DNA from: an uncultured delta proteobacterium | GTDB taxonomy: Bacteria > Desulfobacterota > Binatia > UBA9968 | NCBI GenBank assembly: GCA_963745835.1 | Contig: CAVUZH010000020.1 | Span: 1 to 64,000 of the forward strand | Length of the DNA: 64,000 bases | Direction of reading: 5' to 3' | Part shown: piece after piece, positions 42,048-52,945 of the stretch | Layout of the letters: every line of letters starts with the position of its first letter | Position numbering within the stretch: the stretch's first letter is position 1 | Program-made: the position numbers and the translations under genes | Notes under the pieces: model-generated | Seen by the model: the letters and a program-made list of their open reading frames with translations, nothing else | Database searches by the model: none | Told to the model about the DNA's origin: nothing

Positions 42048-42734
42048 ATGCTGGCAGAGAAATTAATCCAGATTGCGGGGGTGATCGACGCCGCTGAGGC
42101 GCAAATGCTTCAGCAATGCGGCATTCGTTATTTGGGATTTCCGCTGCGGCTCCCGGTTCACCGCGAGGATCTCACCGAAGAGGAGGCCGCGGCCATCATC
42201 AAGAGCTTGGCGCCGCCGGTATTCGGAGTGCTGATTACGTATCTCCACGAGGCAAGCGAGATCGCCGCTTTCTGTCATGCGCTGGGCGCCCGGATTGTGC
42301 AGCTCCATGGCGACATCGAACGCGATGAGTTGAAGCATCTAAAAACTCTCGATCCAAATTTAACCGTGATCAAAAGTCTGGTTATCGGAATGCACGAGGA
42401 GAAAACTTTGGAAGCATTGGTCAGTAAGTTATCACCGTTCGTCGATGCGTTCATCACCGACACATTCGATCCAAAAACCGGCGCGTCGGGCGCCACCGGC
42501 AAGACCCACGACTGGCGGATTAGCCAGCGTCTGATAGAACTTGCCGATAAACCGGTTATTCTCGCCGGCGGACTAACGCCAGAGAACGTCAAGAGAGCGA
42601 TTCTGGAAGTACGGCCGGCCGGAGTCGATTCTCACACCGGCGTCGAAGACTCCAACGGCCGCAAGAGCCGTGAAAAAGTGCGCAAGTTCGTGTCGGAAGC
42701 CCAGGAAGCTTTTGAGCTCGTTAAAGCAAAGTAG
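42048..42734 (+). CDS. trpF: Phosphoribosylanthranilate isomerase
   Basis: VQLHG, GATGKTHDW, ILAGGLTPENV, GVDSHTGVE; lies outside a trp operon. Confidence 0.8.
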   Translation: MLAEKLIQIAGVIDAAEAQMLQQCGIRYLGFPLRLPVHREDLTEEEAAAIIKSLAPPVFGVLITYLHEASEIAAFCHALGARIVQLHGDIERDELKHLKTLDPNLTVIKSLVIGMHEEKTLEALVSKLSPFVDAFITDTFDPKTGASGATGKTHDWRISQRLIELADKPVILAGGLTPENVKRAILEVRPAGVDSHTGVEDSNGRKSREKVRKFVSEAQEAFELVKAK

Positions 42735-42807
42735 CAATCATCAACCGCTTGGCTCAAACATAGGCGGATACCTCAGGGTGAGCCCAGTCCCCCGGCCGCT
42801 TACGAAT

Positions 42808-43839
42808 TTAAAGGAGCCCGATCATCTTACCGTAACTCTTCGCAAGTGATTCCACTTTCTCCGACTGCTCCTTGCGCATGTAGATCATTTCTTTACCCTT
42901 GGCTTTCTGATAATACGCCGTTCCGGGAATTAGTGCGGAACTTACGCCGACGGTTCTTTCCCACACCTGCTGTGACTCTGGCATCGTCATAAATAGCGCG
43001 AAGAGATGCGCCGCATTGGGATGCTGTGCGCCCTTGAGCACGCCTACGTGATAGGAAGGAGCAATAACCGGTTGCACATCACTGGCCTCGGCGATTGGAG
43101 CCCCCGTCTGTTTGGCAAGGTGGATATAACTATCGGTCAAGCTAAGCGCGACAAGGATCTCGCCCACTTGGAGCCGGGTATAGGTCGGTCCCAACTCGCC
43201 CACGACAGGATTCTGCTGCGCCAGAGCTTTTACATATGCAGTGGTCTTCTCTTCTCCCCATGGTCCGACGGCCAAACGCCCCAAATGGTGAGTCGCTGTG
43301 GTCAGGCCCACCTTACCTTTCCACTTTGGTTGGAGGAGATCTTCCCAGCTCTTCGGCGCATCTTTCGAGGAAACCATGCTGCTGTTATAAGCGGGGACGA
43401 TGTATTGGTGGACAAAGGAGATCGAGCCGCCGTCGTGATCGATCAATTTCTCGTCCACGCCCAAAGACTTGTAGTCGAACGGTTTTTGCAGCTTACGCAG
43501 CCACAAGCTCGCATGGTGCGCGTCTGTGGCAACCATGACATCCCATTCGGGGGGCGCGCCTGTGGCGGCTTGAGTCGCAACCTTGCCCACGTCCCGGGTC
43601 ATGGATCCCGAGGGAATGAATTTGACATCGATGTTGGTGCCGTATCTTTTGTTTAAGGCTTGAGCAAGAACCTGGGCGCCCTCGGGCTTCAAAGTGGATG
43701 GGCCATAAAAGTTGAGGGTGCCTTCTTTTCTTGCGGCGGCGATCAAATCGTCCAGCGGCGCGGCCGGAGCAACAGAGACCCACTGAAGCACAGCGAACGC
43801 GGCGGTTAAGCCCAAGTTAAGGAGACGCAACGATCGCAT
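42808..43839 (-). CDS. ABC substrate-binding protein, Fe3+/thiamine-type family
   Basis: AARKEG, PKSWEDLL.PKWKG, AQHPNAAHLF; GGAGG RBS before ATG 43839. Confidence 0.85.
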   Translation of the reverse strand: MRSLRLLNLGLTAAFAVLQWVSVAPAAPLDDLIAAARKEGTLNFYGPSTLKPEGAQVLAQALNKRYGTNIDVKFIPSGSMTRDVGKVATQAATGAPPEWDVMVATDAHHASLWLRKLQKPFDYKSLGVDEKLIDHDGGSISFVHQYIVPAYNSSMVSSKDAPKSWEDLLQPKWKGKVGLTTATHHLGRLAVGPWGEEKTTAYVKALAQQNPVVGELGPTYTRLQVGEILVALSLTDSYIHLAKQTGAPIAEASDVQPVIAPSYHVGVLKGAQHPNAAHLFALFMTMPESQQVWERTVGVSSALIPGTAYYQKAKGKEMIYMRKEQSEKVESLAKSYGKMIGLL

Positions 43840-44449
43840 TGTCCACCTCCTGCTACGTGTCACTGGATCTTCTCGGGCGCCGAGCCATACCTGCGAGTCC
43901 ATTGTGCCCGAGCTCTTACCTGCACGGCGTCTATCGCTCGTGCTGAGAATTGTCAAGGCGGTTGAGATCGTCTTCTCAGATAATCACCCGGAAACCAGAA
44001 TTGACAAACTCCGCGGAAAACAACTCGTGCGTGATCTGTTGTCCGACTCTTCTTGGGATGCCTGACCACCGCCGAGCAGAAGCCACGCTCTGAGCTCAAC
44101 CAATTTTTCGGCCGCCGGGCTTGGCGACATCCTGCCGATCACGTCATTGGCACGCGTCCTGGTAATGCTAGAACAGTTCGCCGGCGTCCCCCTACATCGC
44201 GGTAGTAGTCTCGGGTTTAATCGGGTTGACAATCGTGCACCGGGATCGCAGGGACCTACCTTGAGCACCCGCGGTCATGGATGGTTGAGCCGTAGGTCGG
44301 ACCACCGCTACATCTCCGGAGTTTCAGGCAGTTAAAACACTTTGTGGCACGCCAACACCTGGCCAAGCTATTCTCAATCCGATTCTGAACGAGAACTCCG
44401 TCCACCTGGTCAACAGCGTCCCTGATCCTCTCTCGCTCCCGCCCAGTCG

Positions 44450-44770
44450 GTGCTCACCGATAATAGCTCTGAGTTCATGAAGCACTTCGATGAGGAAATT
44501 AGAGGTCTGCACAAGAACCATTGGCATACCTATCCCAGAACACCCAATATTGAATGCCCATGGGAAATTTTAATCCACGATTAAAGAAGAATTTATTGAC
44601 TACCATGACGAACTGCTGATCACTCCCGATGAGTTCAACCGTCAACTGATCGCATGGCTCATCTGGTACAACGCTGAATGACCTAATTGGGCACCTGAAC
44701 TTAAGTCTCCAGTCGAATTTCCTGTTGAAAGAAAATCCCGCTCTGTGCAAATCATGGTGGGCCAATACAT
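44450..44770 (+). pseudogene. Integrase-core (IS481-like) transposase remnant, C-terminal part
   Basis: Frameshifted VLTDNSSEF...HWHTYPRTP / IKEEFIDYH...WLIWYNAE*P with stops. Confidence 0.7.
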
Positions 44771-44935
44771 TTCATTGAGTTTGCCCATGACGCATGATAC
44801 GGTCGCGCGGAATCGTCGGTGCTCGAAATCCCGACAGGGCAAGGTAGCGGGCGAAGGTTTCAGATCGAATTGCATAGTCGTCATACTTTCTCCCATAGAA
44901 TCCAAACGCAGCCTCGATAAAATTTGGAGGCAGCA

Positions 44936-46579
44936 ATGTCAACTCCTTTATTCTCCACAGAGACGTCCGTACCGGCGGAGGTGTTGGGCCGACGCATCCA
45001 GCAGAGCCTGCAGGTAATCCTCGCCGGACTCCACGAGCGCAACGCCCTCTCCGCAGCGGACACGGAGGGGCTGCGGCGCGAGCTGCGCATGTTGCTCCAG
45101 CTCGAACTCATCCAGATCGCGACCTCGGAAGTCGACAAAGCCGAGCAGGTCCTGGAGTACATGCTGCGCCCGGGCATCGAAGAGTGCCTGAAGTTGTGGT
45201 TCGGCAAGTCCGAGCAGACCGACCAGGAGATTTGGAACCAGTTCGGCGCGGACGTTGCCCTGGCGTCAAGGGGGCACTACGACCACTGGGCCTTGGATCT
45301 CGAGCACCCGCGCCTGCTAGTGGCGCTGGTGATCATGCTCGACCAGTTCCCCCGCAACATGTACCGCGGCACGCCACAGATGTATGCGTGTGACGCGCGC
45401 TGCCTGGCCTTGGTCAAACGCGGGCTGCGCGTCGGCATGAGCGGACGACTGCGCCCAATCGAACGGGTCTTCCTCTGCTTGGTCCTGACCCACTCCGAGT
45501 CGCTGGACGACCAGTATCTGTGCATGGAGGAGTGGGGCCGGGCGATGGCGGATCTGGCGTCGGATGACCCTCTGAACGCCTTTCATGAAATCTTCCACCG
45601 GCATGTCGCGGTGATCAAGCGCTTCGGCCGGTTTCCCCACCGGAACGAGATCCTGCAGCGAGCCAACACTATGGCGGAGGAGGATTTCCTGCAGAACAGT
45701 TCGTTCCGCTTCGACCTGCCACTGACCCGGCGCTCGGACGACGTCATCGTGTTCGCCGGCACAGTCAAAAAGCGCACCGTGAAACTGCTCGACTACGAGT
45801 ACCAGACCCTACTACCAGACATCGACGAGCCGCACGGGACGTTCGAGTTTGAGTATGTGGGACCGGATAACGTCTTCGCCAAGACGCAAGAACAGCTCGA
45901 GAACCAGGGGTACATCCGCATCGGTGACACCGTCCCCGACTTCACCGCCGAGACCAGCATGGGCCCGATCAACTTCCACGAGTTCATCCACGACTCCTGG
46001 TGCGTGCTCTTCTCGCATCCTGCGGACTTCACGCCGGTGTGCACTACCGAGTTCGGGGCCACGGCAAAGCTCCACGCCGAGTGGAGCAAGCGCGGCACCA
46101 AGGTCATCGGTCTGAGCGTCGACAGTGCCGAGGACCACGAGCGTTGGATCGCGGACATCAACGAGACACAGCACACGCAGGTGAACTTCCCGATCATCGC
46201 GGACAAGGACCGAGCGGTGTCGATGCTCTTTGGCATGCTTGACCCTACCACCTTCCGCCACGGGCCAACCCTAGGTCAGACGATGACCGTGCGCAGCGTG
46301 TTCATCATCTCGCCTTTGAAGCGGGTCGAGCTGATCATCTCATACCCGGCCCACATCGGCCGCAACTTCAACGAGATTCTGCGCATCCTGGACGCCCTGC
46401 AGCTCTCCGCGAAATATCGGGTGGCAACGCCGGTGAACTGGCAGCCCGGAGATGACACGGTGGTGCTGCCTTTCATCTCGGATGAGGAGGCGGAGAGCAT
46501 ATTTGCCGACCAAGGTGGTTTCCGCAAAGTGCGCTCATACCTGCGCTACGTGCGGGATCCGTCGCTGCGTTGTTTATGA
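44936..46579 (+). CDS. DUF924-domain / 1-Cys peroxiredoxin (Prx6) fusion protein
   Basis: N-half LDQFPRNMYRG and RFGRFPHRN; C-half FSHPADFTPVCTTE, GRNFNEILR, VATPVNW; GGAGG RBS before ATG 44936. Confidence 0.88.
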   Translation: MSTPLFSTETSVPAEVLGRRIQQSLQVILAGLHERNALSAADTEGLRRELRMLLQLELIQIATSEVDKAEQVLEYMLRPGIEECLKLWFGKSEQTDQEIWNQFGADVALASRGHYDHWALDLEHPRLLVALVIMLDQFPRNMYRGTPQMYACDARCLALVKRGLRVGMSGRLRPIERVFLCLVLTHSESLDDQYLCMEEWGRAMADLASDDPLNAFHEIFHRHVAVIKRFGRFPHRNEILQRANTMAEEDFLQNSSFRFDLPLTRRSDDVIVFAGTVKKRTVKLLDYEYQTLLPDIDEPHGTFEFEYVGPDNVFAKTQEQLENQGYIRIGDTVPDFTAETSMGPINFHEFIHDSWCVLFSHPADFTPVCTTEFGATAKLHAEWSKRGTKVIGLSVDSAEDHERWIADINETQHTQVNFPIIADKDRAVSMLFGMLDPTTFRHGPTLGQTMTVRSVFIISPLKRVELIISYPAHIGRNFNEILRILDALQLSAKYRVATPVNWQPGDDTVVLPFISDEEAESIFADQGGFRKVRSYLRYVRDPSLRCL

Positions 46580-46699
46580 GCTTCCTAACCTCATTCCAGG
46601 GCCGAAATCGGATTTAAGCTTGGAGGCCTTGGCTGTCCTGCTGTTTCTACGCCCAGGATTTCAGAAAGGCTTCTTAAACGTTCGGTCTCGATCCGTTGC

Positions 46700-46836
46700 A
46701 GCAGACATCCCGCCGGCCATCACCACGCCCGATTTCATCGAGACGCGCCTCGGCACGCTTAAATTTCGACGGGTTTCCGGAGGACGCCACGGTCCAAAAG
46801 ATCTATGGCCAACCTCGATTTTTCATCGCGGTGTCA
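46700..46836 (+). pseudogene. N-terminal fragment of a DUF1254-type protein
   Basis: DIPPAITTPDFIETRLGTLKF / DGFPEDATVQKIY / LDFHRGV-like pieces across frameshifts. Confidence 0.55.
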
Positions 46837-47173
46837 TTGAATCCAGTATTGGGGCAGATCGAACTGTTTTCTGCTTCAGTTAAAAATCCTAACAAGAGAT
46901 ATCGACTTTCTTCCTTTTCTAAAACGGCCATAGATATCAACGGCTGACAATCCATGTCTTTGGCCGGTCTTGCTTTTCTCGTTGATGCTGAAGAGGATTA
47001 TAGGATCGCACAAAATGTGAATTCGTCGACGAGAGGGCTCCATGAAACGCGCCCTCATGAAACGCATCCTCTGTTCGCTGCTTGCCACCCTGCCGTTCGG
47101 CAGCGTCCTCGGTAGAAAACGAATCCACTCACGTCTGATACATCGAATCCCGTCAATCTACGCGCCAAAACAG

Positions 47174-47911
47174 CTAGCTACTGACCACACCGCCTCCGGC
47201 CTGGAGATTTTGTCCTGTTACCCACCGCGCCGCGTCGCTGGCGAGAAAGGACGCCACGTCGGCAATATCCTCCGGCGTGCCAACACGCTTGAAAGGCGAC
47301 TGACTGGCAGCGTAGTCGTGGTACTGTTCGGGCATCATGTCCGTATCAGTGAATCCTGGCGATAGAATGTTCACCGTAATATTGCGCGGGCCAAGTTCGG
47401 CCGCCAGGCATCGGGCAAACTGTTCGATGGCTCCCTTGCTCCCGAGGTAAACCGAGTTGTTGGGGAAAATCATCTTCGTGCCGCCCGTCGAAATGACGAC
47501 AATGCGGCCACCATCGCGCACGCGGCGGGCCGCTTCCTGCAGCGTGAAGAACACGCCCTTGGTGTTGATGCCGAAAACATAGTCGTAATCCGCTTCTGTG
47601 CTCTCAATGAACGGTTTCATAATATAGACACCGGCATTGGCAACCACGATATCGAGTTGTCCCATCGCTTTTTCGGCTTCGCTGAACAAGCGCGTGACGT
47701 CGGCAGCTTTGGAAATATCGGCCTGAATCGCTATTGCCTTGCCACCCTTACCAACAATCCTATTCACCACCGCTCGTGCCGGTTGTTCGTTGCGAGTGTA
47801 ATTGATGACAATCGCCGCGCCATCGGCGGCAAGCTGCTCAGCGATGGCCTGTCCAATACCACGCGAGCTCCCAGTTACGAGTGCGGTTCTTCCGTTAAGT
47901 GAAACAGACAT
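47174..47911 (-). CDS. Short-chain dehydrogenase/reductase
   Basis: TGSSRGIG, ANAG, YLGSK, PGFTDT; start ATG 47911 after AAGGAG. Confidence 0.93.
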   Translation of the reverse strand: MSVSLNGRTALVTGSSRGIGQAIAEQLAADGAAIVINYTRNEQPARAVVNRIVGKGGKAIAIQADISKAADVTRLFSEAEKAMGQLDIVVANAGVYIMKPFIESTEADYDYVFGINTKGVFFTLQEAARRVRDGGRIVVISTGGTKMIFPNNSVYLGSKGAIEQFARCLAAELGPRNITVNILSPGFTDTDMMPEQYHDYAASQSPFKRVGTPEDIADVASFLASDAARWVTGQNLQAGGGVVSS

Positions 47912-48093
47912 AAAATTCTCCTTGAAAGCTTGTCTAATCGTTCGCAGGGCACTTGATCTTCTATACCACCAACGAGGAGTCTGTTGGAGAACCGTGAAGT
48001 GATCGAGCAAGCGGGCACGGACTATTACGCGCTAATTCACAGGCAAAACTGGATCTATGCGCTATGCGACCGATTCGTTGACCTCCTGAAACA

Positions 48094-48162
48094 TTGGAAC
48101 TATTGAACGATTGGAACAGTCTATTTGAGTGTTCCGACGTTGAACGCTTGAACGATTGAACG
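48094..48162. repeat. TTGAAC/TTGGAAC short-repeat tract
   Basis: TTGGAAC TATTGAAC GATTGGAAC ... GTTGAAC GCTTGAAC GATTGAAC. Confidence 0.55.
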
Positions 48163-48428
48163 ACCGCCAAGGAGGCTGCGCGTGTTCGCCTCGGATTTTC
48201 GTACGAAATCGCGATGGAAGACGCATTGCATGAGACTCAATAAAATTCTCGAATGAAAAGACATCGACGATGATCACAAAGCCATGATACTCGGAGAAAA
48301 CGCCAAGAGATTCTACCACCTCTAGCGTGAGATTCTCCCTGTTGCAGTGAACATGCGAGCGGAGTGATTAAGAAACCGTTGCCAGGCAGTCAAAGAATTC
48401 TGCTGTCGCAACGCAAAGACCTGACCCT

Positions 48429-48650
48429 GTGGCTTGCGCACGCTTGCTGATCGATTGGGCCCTGGCGGCCGACGGCGGAATGAAATATTTCGCCGAAAAA
48501 TTCGGCCGCACGCCGACGCGAACCGGACTTGAAGAGCGCTTTCCCCTGCTTCGGGTGAACAACTATCTGGTGGTCAAGCCCGAGATCGTCGGCCCGAACT
48601 TCAAAGAATTTACCAACCTGTACAACGAGATCTTCGCGATCGGAAAGTAA
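48429..48650 (+). pseudogene. 3' fragment of an ABC solute-binding protein gene
   Basis: ARLLIDWALA..G......FGRTPTR resembles the C-terminus of the 42808 family; begins right after a transposon-end-like motif. Confidence 0.55.
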
Positions 48651-48666
48651 AACAGCGCGGTCTAGG

Positions 48667-48692
48667 CTAAGTACTAAGTCAAGATTTGACCC
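48667..48692 (+). mobile_element. RAYT-type element end motif
   Basis: TAAGTACTAAGTCAAGATTTGACCC, nearly identical to 54199-54226, which closes a RAYT remnant. Confidence 0.6.
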
Positions 48693-49013
48693 TCAAAGTT
48701 GTTCGAGCGTCAGGCCGTCCGGACGAGCGATTCGATAGATGTAGTTCGCGGCCTTTCGGTCACCGCCGCCAGTCATGTATTCCGTCACAATATTCGGCTG
48801 TCCAGGAATATGCTTTTTCAAATACGGTAACATCGACTTCAGCCGCAAATCTCCCAACCCTCCGGGCTCCTGGCCAGCGATCACCGTGATGGTCTTGCCT
48901 TGATAAAAGAGCGCCTGCGGCAGTACCGGGTGCGGCTGGGATAAAAGGAAGAACGCCGATACGCACATGACTGCGCCGGCATTGATACCAACTTTGCGTT
49001 TCCCTGCATTCAC
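48693..49013 (-). pseudogene. 5' fragment of a TctC/Bug substrate-binding protein
   Basis: FYQGKTIT, KKHIPGQPNI, AANYIY..ARPDGLTL, then truncation; compare the intact paralog at 57368. Confidence 0.8.
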
Positions 49014-49312
49014 GACTGGGTCTCTTTGGCCAGGTCAAACGAGTGCACGCAGAAGACCGTGAGCCTCACAGAAACAATAGATTTCCGCGTGGCTATTGGT
49101 GACAAAGCCATGCCACATGGCTTTTGCTTAGATAGCTCAGCTGCAAGATATATTAAACGGCGGTCTGTGGCGGGTCCGCAAGTATCGACTTGTTCAAAAA
49201 TGCCGCGATGTTTTCCTCTTAAGCTGGATGGTAATGGAACCTCATAACTTTGCCGTTCTTATTAGAAGGCATTGTACTCGGTGCGCCGCGCTTCGGCGCT
49301 CACCGCGTTGTG

Positions 49313-50497
49313 TTACTCAAACTTCTCAAATGGCAGGCCGACATAATTTTCAGCAAACATAGTCTGCCCGGCATCCGATGCGGTCAAGTAATCAAGCTCG
49401 GAAATTTGTAAACGCCTGCTCATGGGATCATCGTCGAACCTATGCAGCAGGGATGTATACCACCAGGAAAAGCGGACCGCCTTCCAAACGCGGCGCAGCG
49501 CTGTGTCGGAATAGCGATCGAGCAAGTCAGTTCGTTTTTCTTTGTAATAGGCGAGCAGGGCGCGCGCGAGATAATAAACATCCGAAGCCGCAAGGTTAAG
49601 TCCTTTTGCGCCTGTGGGCGGGACGATGTGCGCCGCATCGCCTGCCAGGAAGAGCCGACCAAAGCGCATGGGTTCAGCGACAAAACTATGCAGGGGCGTG
49701 ATGCTCATTTCGAGACGGGCACCTGTTGTAACGGAATCAGCCGCATCAGAAGGAAGGCGGCGGCGCAGTTCATCCCAAAAAGCATCGTCGCTCCAATTAT
49801 TGACGTTATCGTCGGTATTGCATTGCACATAGTAGCGACTGCGGGTGTGCGAGCGCATACTGCACAACGCAAAGCCGCGTGCATGGTTGGCATAAAGCAG
49901 TTCATCCATGACCGGCGGCACATCAGAGAGAATTCCCAGCCAGCTGAACGGATACGTTTTTTCAAAAGTTTTGATTTTGTCCGCCGGAAGGCTTCGACGT
50001 GCAACGCCATGATAGCCGTCACATCCTGCGACAAAATCGCAGACGAGTTCCCAGCGTCGGCCGTTTTGCTCGTAGAGGATTCGTGGGGAATCCGTATCGC
50101 TTCCTTCCACCTTGATGGCCGGCGCGTCGAAGTGGACAATTCCCCCCGCCTCATCGATGTGCGCTTTCATCAAGTCGTGAGTGATTTCGGTCTGGCCGTA
50201 GACCATCACAACTTTTCCATTCGTATGTTCGGGAAAATCAAGGCGTTCGAGCCGGCCGTCAAATGCGACATTGATACCCTCGTGGATCAAACCCTCGCGA
50301 TCCATGCGTTCGCCCGCTTTGGCTTCCCGCAGCAAATCCGCCATACCTTGTTCAATCACACCAGCGCGAATGCGACCTAGTATATAGTCGCGGCTGCGAT
50401 TCTCGACGATCACCGTGTCAATTCCTTGCAGATGCAGCAATCTTGCAAGCAGCAGACCCGCTGGTCCTGAACCGATGATTCCGACTTGGGTTCTCAT
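49313..50497 (-). CDS. pobA: 4-hydroxybenzoate 3-monooxygenase
   Basis: MRTQVGIIGSGPAGL, RIRAGVIE, GCDGYHG, GDAAHIVPPTGAKGLN, AENYVGLP. Confidence 0.96.
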   Translation of the reverse strand: MRTQVGIIGSGPAGLLLARLLHLQGIDTVIVENRSRDYILGRIRAGVIEQGMADLLREAKAGERMDREGLIHEGINVAFDGRLERLDFPEHTNGKVVMVYGQTEITHDLMKAHIDEAGGIVHFDAPAIKVEGSDTDSPRILYEQNGRRWELVCDFVAGCDGYHGVARRSLPADKIKTFEKTYPFSWLGILSDVPPVMDELLYANHARGFALCSMRSHTRSRYYVQCNTDDNVNNWSDDAFWDELRRRLPSDAADSVTTGARLEMSITPLHSFVAEPMRFGRLFLAGDAAHIVPPTGAKGLNLAASDVYYLARALLAYYKEKRTDLLDRYSDTALRRVWKAVRFSWWYTSLLHRFDDDPMSRRLQISELDYLTASDAGQTMFAENYVGLPFEKFE

Positions 50498-50647
50498 CCT
50501 TGTTCCTGTCGGCTATTCATTGCGAAGCGCAGGAATTTTCAAATTCCAATTCCTTCGATCGCTACTCTGACGAAATCGCCGTTTTGGAGAGCATTGCGCG
50601 GTCGATCTATTCAGGCGTTGCGATATTTTCCAAAGAGCACCGGACCC

Positions 50648-51880
50648 TTAAGTTAACTGGCTGGTTGCATGGGTCGAGGCTAAGACCTGCTCGACGATCG
50701 CCTCGGCGAACTGCGGATCGTTGATGTGGCAGTCGAACTCGGTCACCGGCACGGACGCCGGCAGGGCCTTCTTCAGCGCTTCCGAGAACACCGGGCACAG
50801 CGACGGGTCGTGCAAATGCCCTTCGGGGCTGTCGTGGTGCGAGAAGCCCTTCAGCGGCACGAAGAACGAGACCGGCCCCTTGGCGCTGTTGATCAGGCCG
50901 CCCATGTGCTTCGCCAACTTCTGCAGTTCGCCAGCCTCGGTGCGTACCGCGGTAATTGCCTGGTTGTGGATGTGATAACGTTTTCCCGGGAATTGTGTCT
51001 TCGCCATGTCGATGGGTCCGGACAGCATGAAGTCCGCGTTGCCCGGCGCGAAGATTACCGGCACGCCCTTCTCGAGCGCCGCTTTGGCGCGGTCCGGGCC
51101 GGCGCTGAACATGCCGTTGTTCAGATAATCGTTGATCTCGACCAGCGACACGTCGACGACCGCGCTGACGTCGCGCTCCCGCACGATCTGGTCCATCGCC
51201 ATGCCGCCGGTACCGAGCGTGTGGAACACCATCACCTCGTAGCCTTTGCTCTCCAGCGACTTGCGCACGCGCACGGTGCAGCGATCGGTGGTGCCGAGCG
51301 TCGTCATCGCGATCAGCGGCTTCGTTTCCGCGCGCACGGGCGAGTAGCTCTTCGCCATCGCGGCGGTGGCGATCGCCGCGTTGCGGAACGCGTCGCGGGT
51401 GATGCTGTTGAGCCCGGCGATGTCACATACCGGGTTCACCATGATGATGTCCTTCGCGCCGACGAACGGCCGGGTGAAGCCCGATGCCATCGTCGACACC
51501 ATCACCTTCGGCAGGCCGTACGGGAACGCCTGCATCACTATGCTGCCGAGCGTGGTGCCCATCGATCCTCCCACACCGATGATGCCGGCAATGCCATGCT
51601 TTGACTGGGCCTCCAGCGCGCACTTGACGGCTCCTTCGATCATCACTGCCTGGCACTTGCCTTCATGACGAAGGTCGCGAACCTCCTGGATCGTCTTGCC
51701 TGCCGCCGCGGCGACGGCCTCCGGCGCGATCTCGACGTTCGGATCGGTCGAATCGCGGATGCTGGCGTCGAGGTGAACGACGTCCACTCCTTCGGCCTCC
51801 AGTGTCTGCCGGACGAATTGCGCTTCCACTGCCTTGGTGTCGAGGGTCACGATCATCAGAACCTTGGGTTTGCTGCTCAT
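50648..51880 (-). CDS. UPF0261 / Tm-1-like ATP-binding domain protein
   Basis: TLDTK, GGSMGT, PYGLPKVMVST, DIAGLN, VFHTLGTGG, HINDPQFA. Confidence 0.88.
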   Translation of the reverse strand: MSSKPKVLMIVTLDTKAVEAQFVRQTLEAEGVDVVHLDASIRDSTDPNVEIAPEAVAAAAGKTIQEVRDLRHEGKCQAVMIEGAVKCALEAQSKHGIAGIIGVGGSMGTTLGSIVMQAFPYGLPKVMVSTMASGFTRPFVGAKDIIMVNPVCDIAGLNSITRDAFRNAAIATAAMAKSYSPVRAETKPLIAMTTLGTTDRCTVRVRKSLESKGYEVMVFHTLGTGGMAMDQIVRERDVSAVVDVSLVEINDYLNNGMFSAGPDRAKAALEKGVPVIFAPGNADFMLSGPIDMAKTQFPGKRYHIHNQAITAVRTEAGELQKLAKHMGGLINSAKGPVSFFVPLKGFSHHDSPEGHLHDPSLCPVFSEALKKALPASVPVTEFDCHINDPQFAEAIVEQVLASTHATSQLT

Positions 51881-52016
51881 GGCCTGTCTCCTGTCGAATG
51901 AAAGAGCACTTCAAATCGCCGGCGCCGACGGTAATCGGCACCGAGCACCGTCTCGGCGCCCTTCAGATGATAGAAATCCGCTTTTGGGAGGCTCGGCGAC
52001 GGTACATCTGCATAGA

Positions 52017-52424
52017 TTACACAGTGCGACCCATGTCGAAGACGATCTCCCGTGAGATCTTCCCGTCGCGCATCTCAAAGATGTGAACCAGCCGCATTTC
52101 AATCTTGCTGCCGATTGGAAAATGCCAGTATCCATCTTTCGCCACCTCGAACGTGACGATGCTGTCATCCACCACACGCTCTTCGGTAGCGAAGCGCTGA
52201 AGAAACTGGAACTTTACATTACGCATGGACGCAAAGAGTTCCCGGTAATTCTTGGTAGTAGCTTCCTTCCCGGAAAAAGATCGATTAAGGCCATTCGGGG
52301 CAGGTGCTTCCCAAACGATGTCGTCAGTGAAAGTCTCGAGCGCCGTTTCGACCTCATTCAGCGCTTCGCTGTGGAAGTGGCTCTCCACAGCCGCCAGATT
52401 TTGGGTTATGCGATCCCTATCCAT
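52017..52424 (-). CDS. SnoaL/NTF2-like protein
   Basis: FTDDIVWEAP, HIFEMRDGKISRE; GGAGGG RBS before ATG 52424. Confidence 0.82.
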   Translation of the reverse strand: MDRDRITQNLAAVESHFHSEALNEVETALETFTDDIVWEAPAPNGLNRSFSGKEATTKNYRELFASMRNVKFQFLQRFATEERVVDDSIVTFEVAKDGYWHFPIGSKIEMRLVHIFEMRDGKISREIVFDMGRTV

Positions 52425-52490
52425 CTCGTTCCCTCCATCTCTTGCTTTACTTCGTGTTGCCGCCAAACGCCCAGAGCGCTTTGTTTCAAG

Positions 52491-52690
52491 TCACACAATT
52501 ATTGCATCTGCTTTAAGTCGACACCCACCACGTGTTACCTCCCGGATCGATAAAGCTCGCTTGGCGCTCGTCGTACGGTATGTCTTCTGGCGGGACATGG
52601 TCGTGGCTCCAAGTCGAATGGCTCGGCCGTACACCGCATCTACGTCGTCAACGTAGACGTGGATCGACCCGACCCAGGGTGAAACATGAA
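52491..52690 (-). pseudogene. VOC/glyoxalase (PhnB-like) C-terminal fragment
   Basis: IHVYVDDVDAVYGRAIRLGAT, frameshift, then PYDERQASFIDPGGNTWWVST. Confidence 0.7.
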
Positions 52691-52945
52691 ATGATGGGAA
52701 TTTGCTTTTCGGATCTCGACGCGAGTAATTGAACCCCGGCTCCATCAGCCGCTTGCGAGCCAGCTGTCAACAGCTCGACAGCGAGTCGGACCAAAAGAGC
52801 AGCCTCCATTCGTACGATTTGGGCGTACCGTATCCGATAAAGGTGGTCTCATACAACTATAATCGGCTTGAGTGGGCAGGAAACAACCTTTGGCTCAATC
52901 ATCGTAGCTGATCCAAGGATATGTCGCTGCGAAAAATACCTTCTC

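Noticed and set aside
43984-44440. Possible additional transposase fragments
   Set aside because: No family motif could be assigned with confidence by eye
11483-46579. Other TGA-terminated genes as Sec read-through candidates (e.g. 15005, 16714, 20414, 38504, 41951, 46579)
   Set aside because: The proteins look complete at the stop, and no redox motif or continuing homology follows
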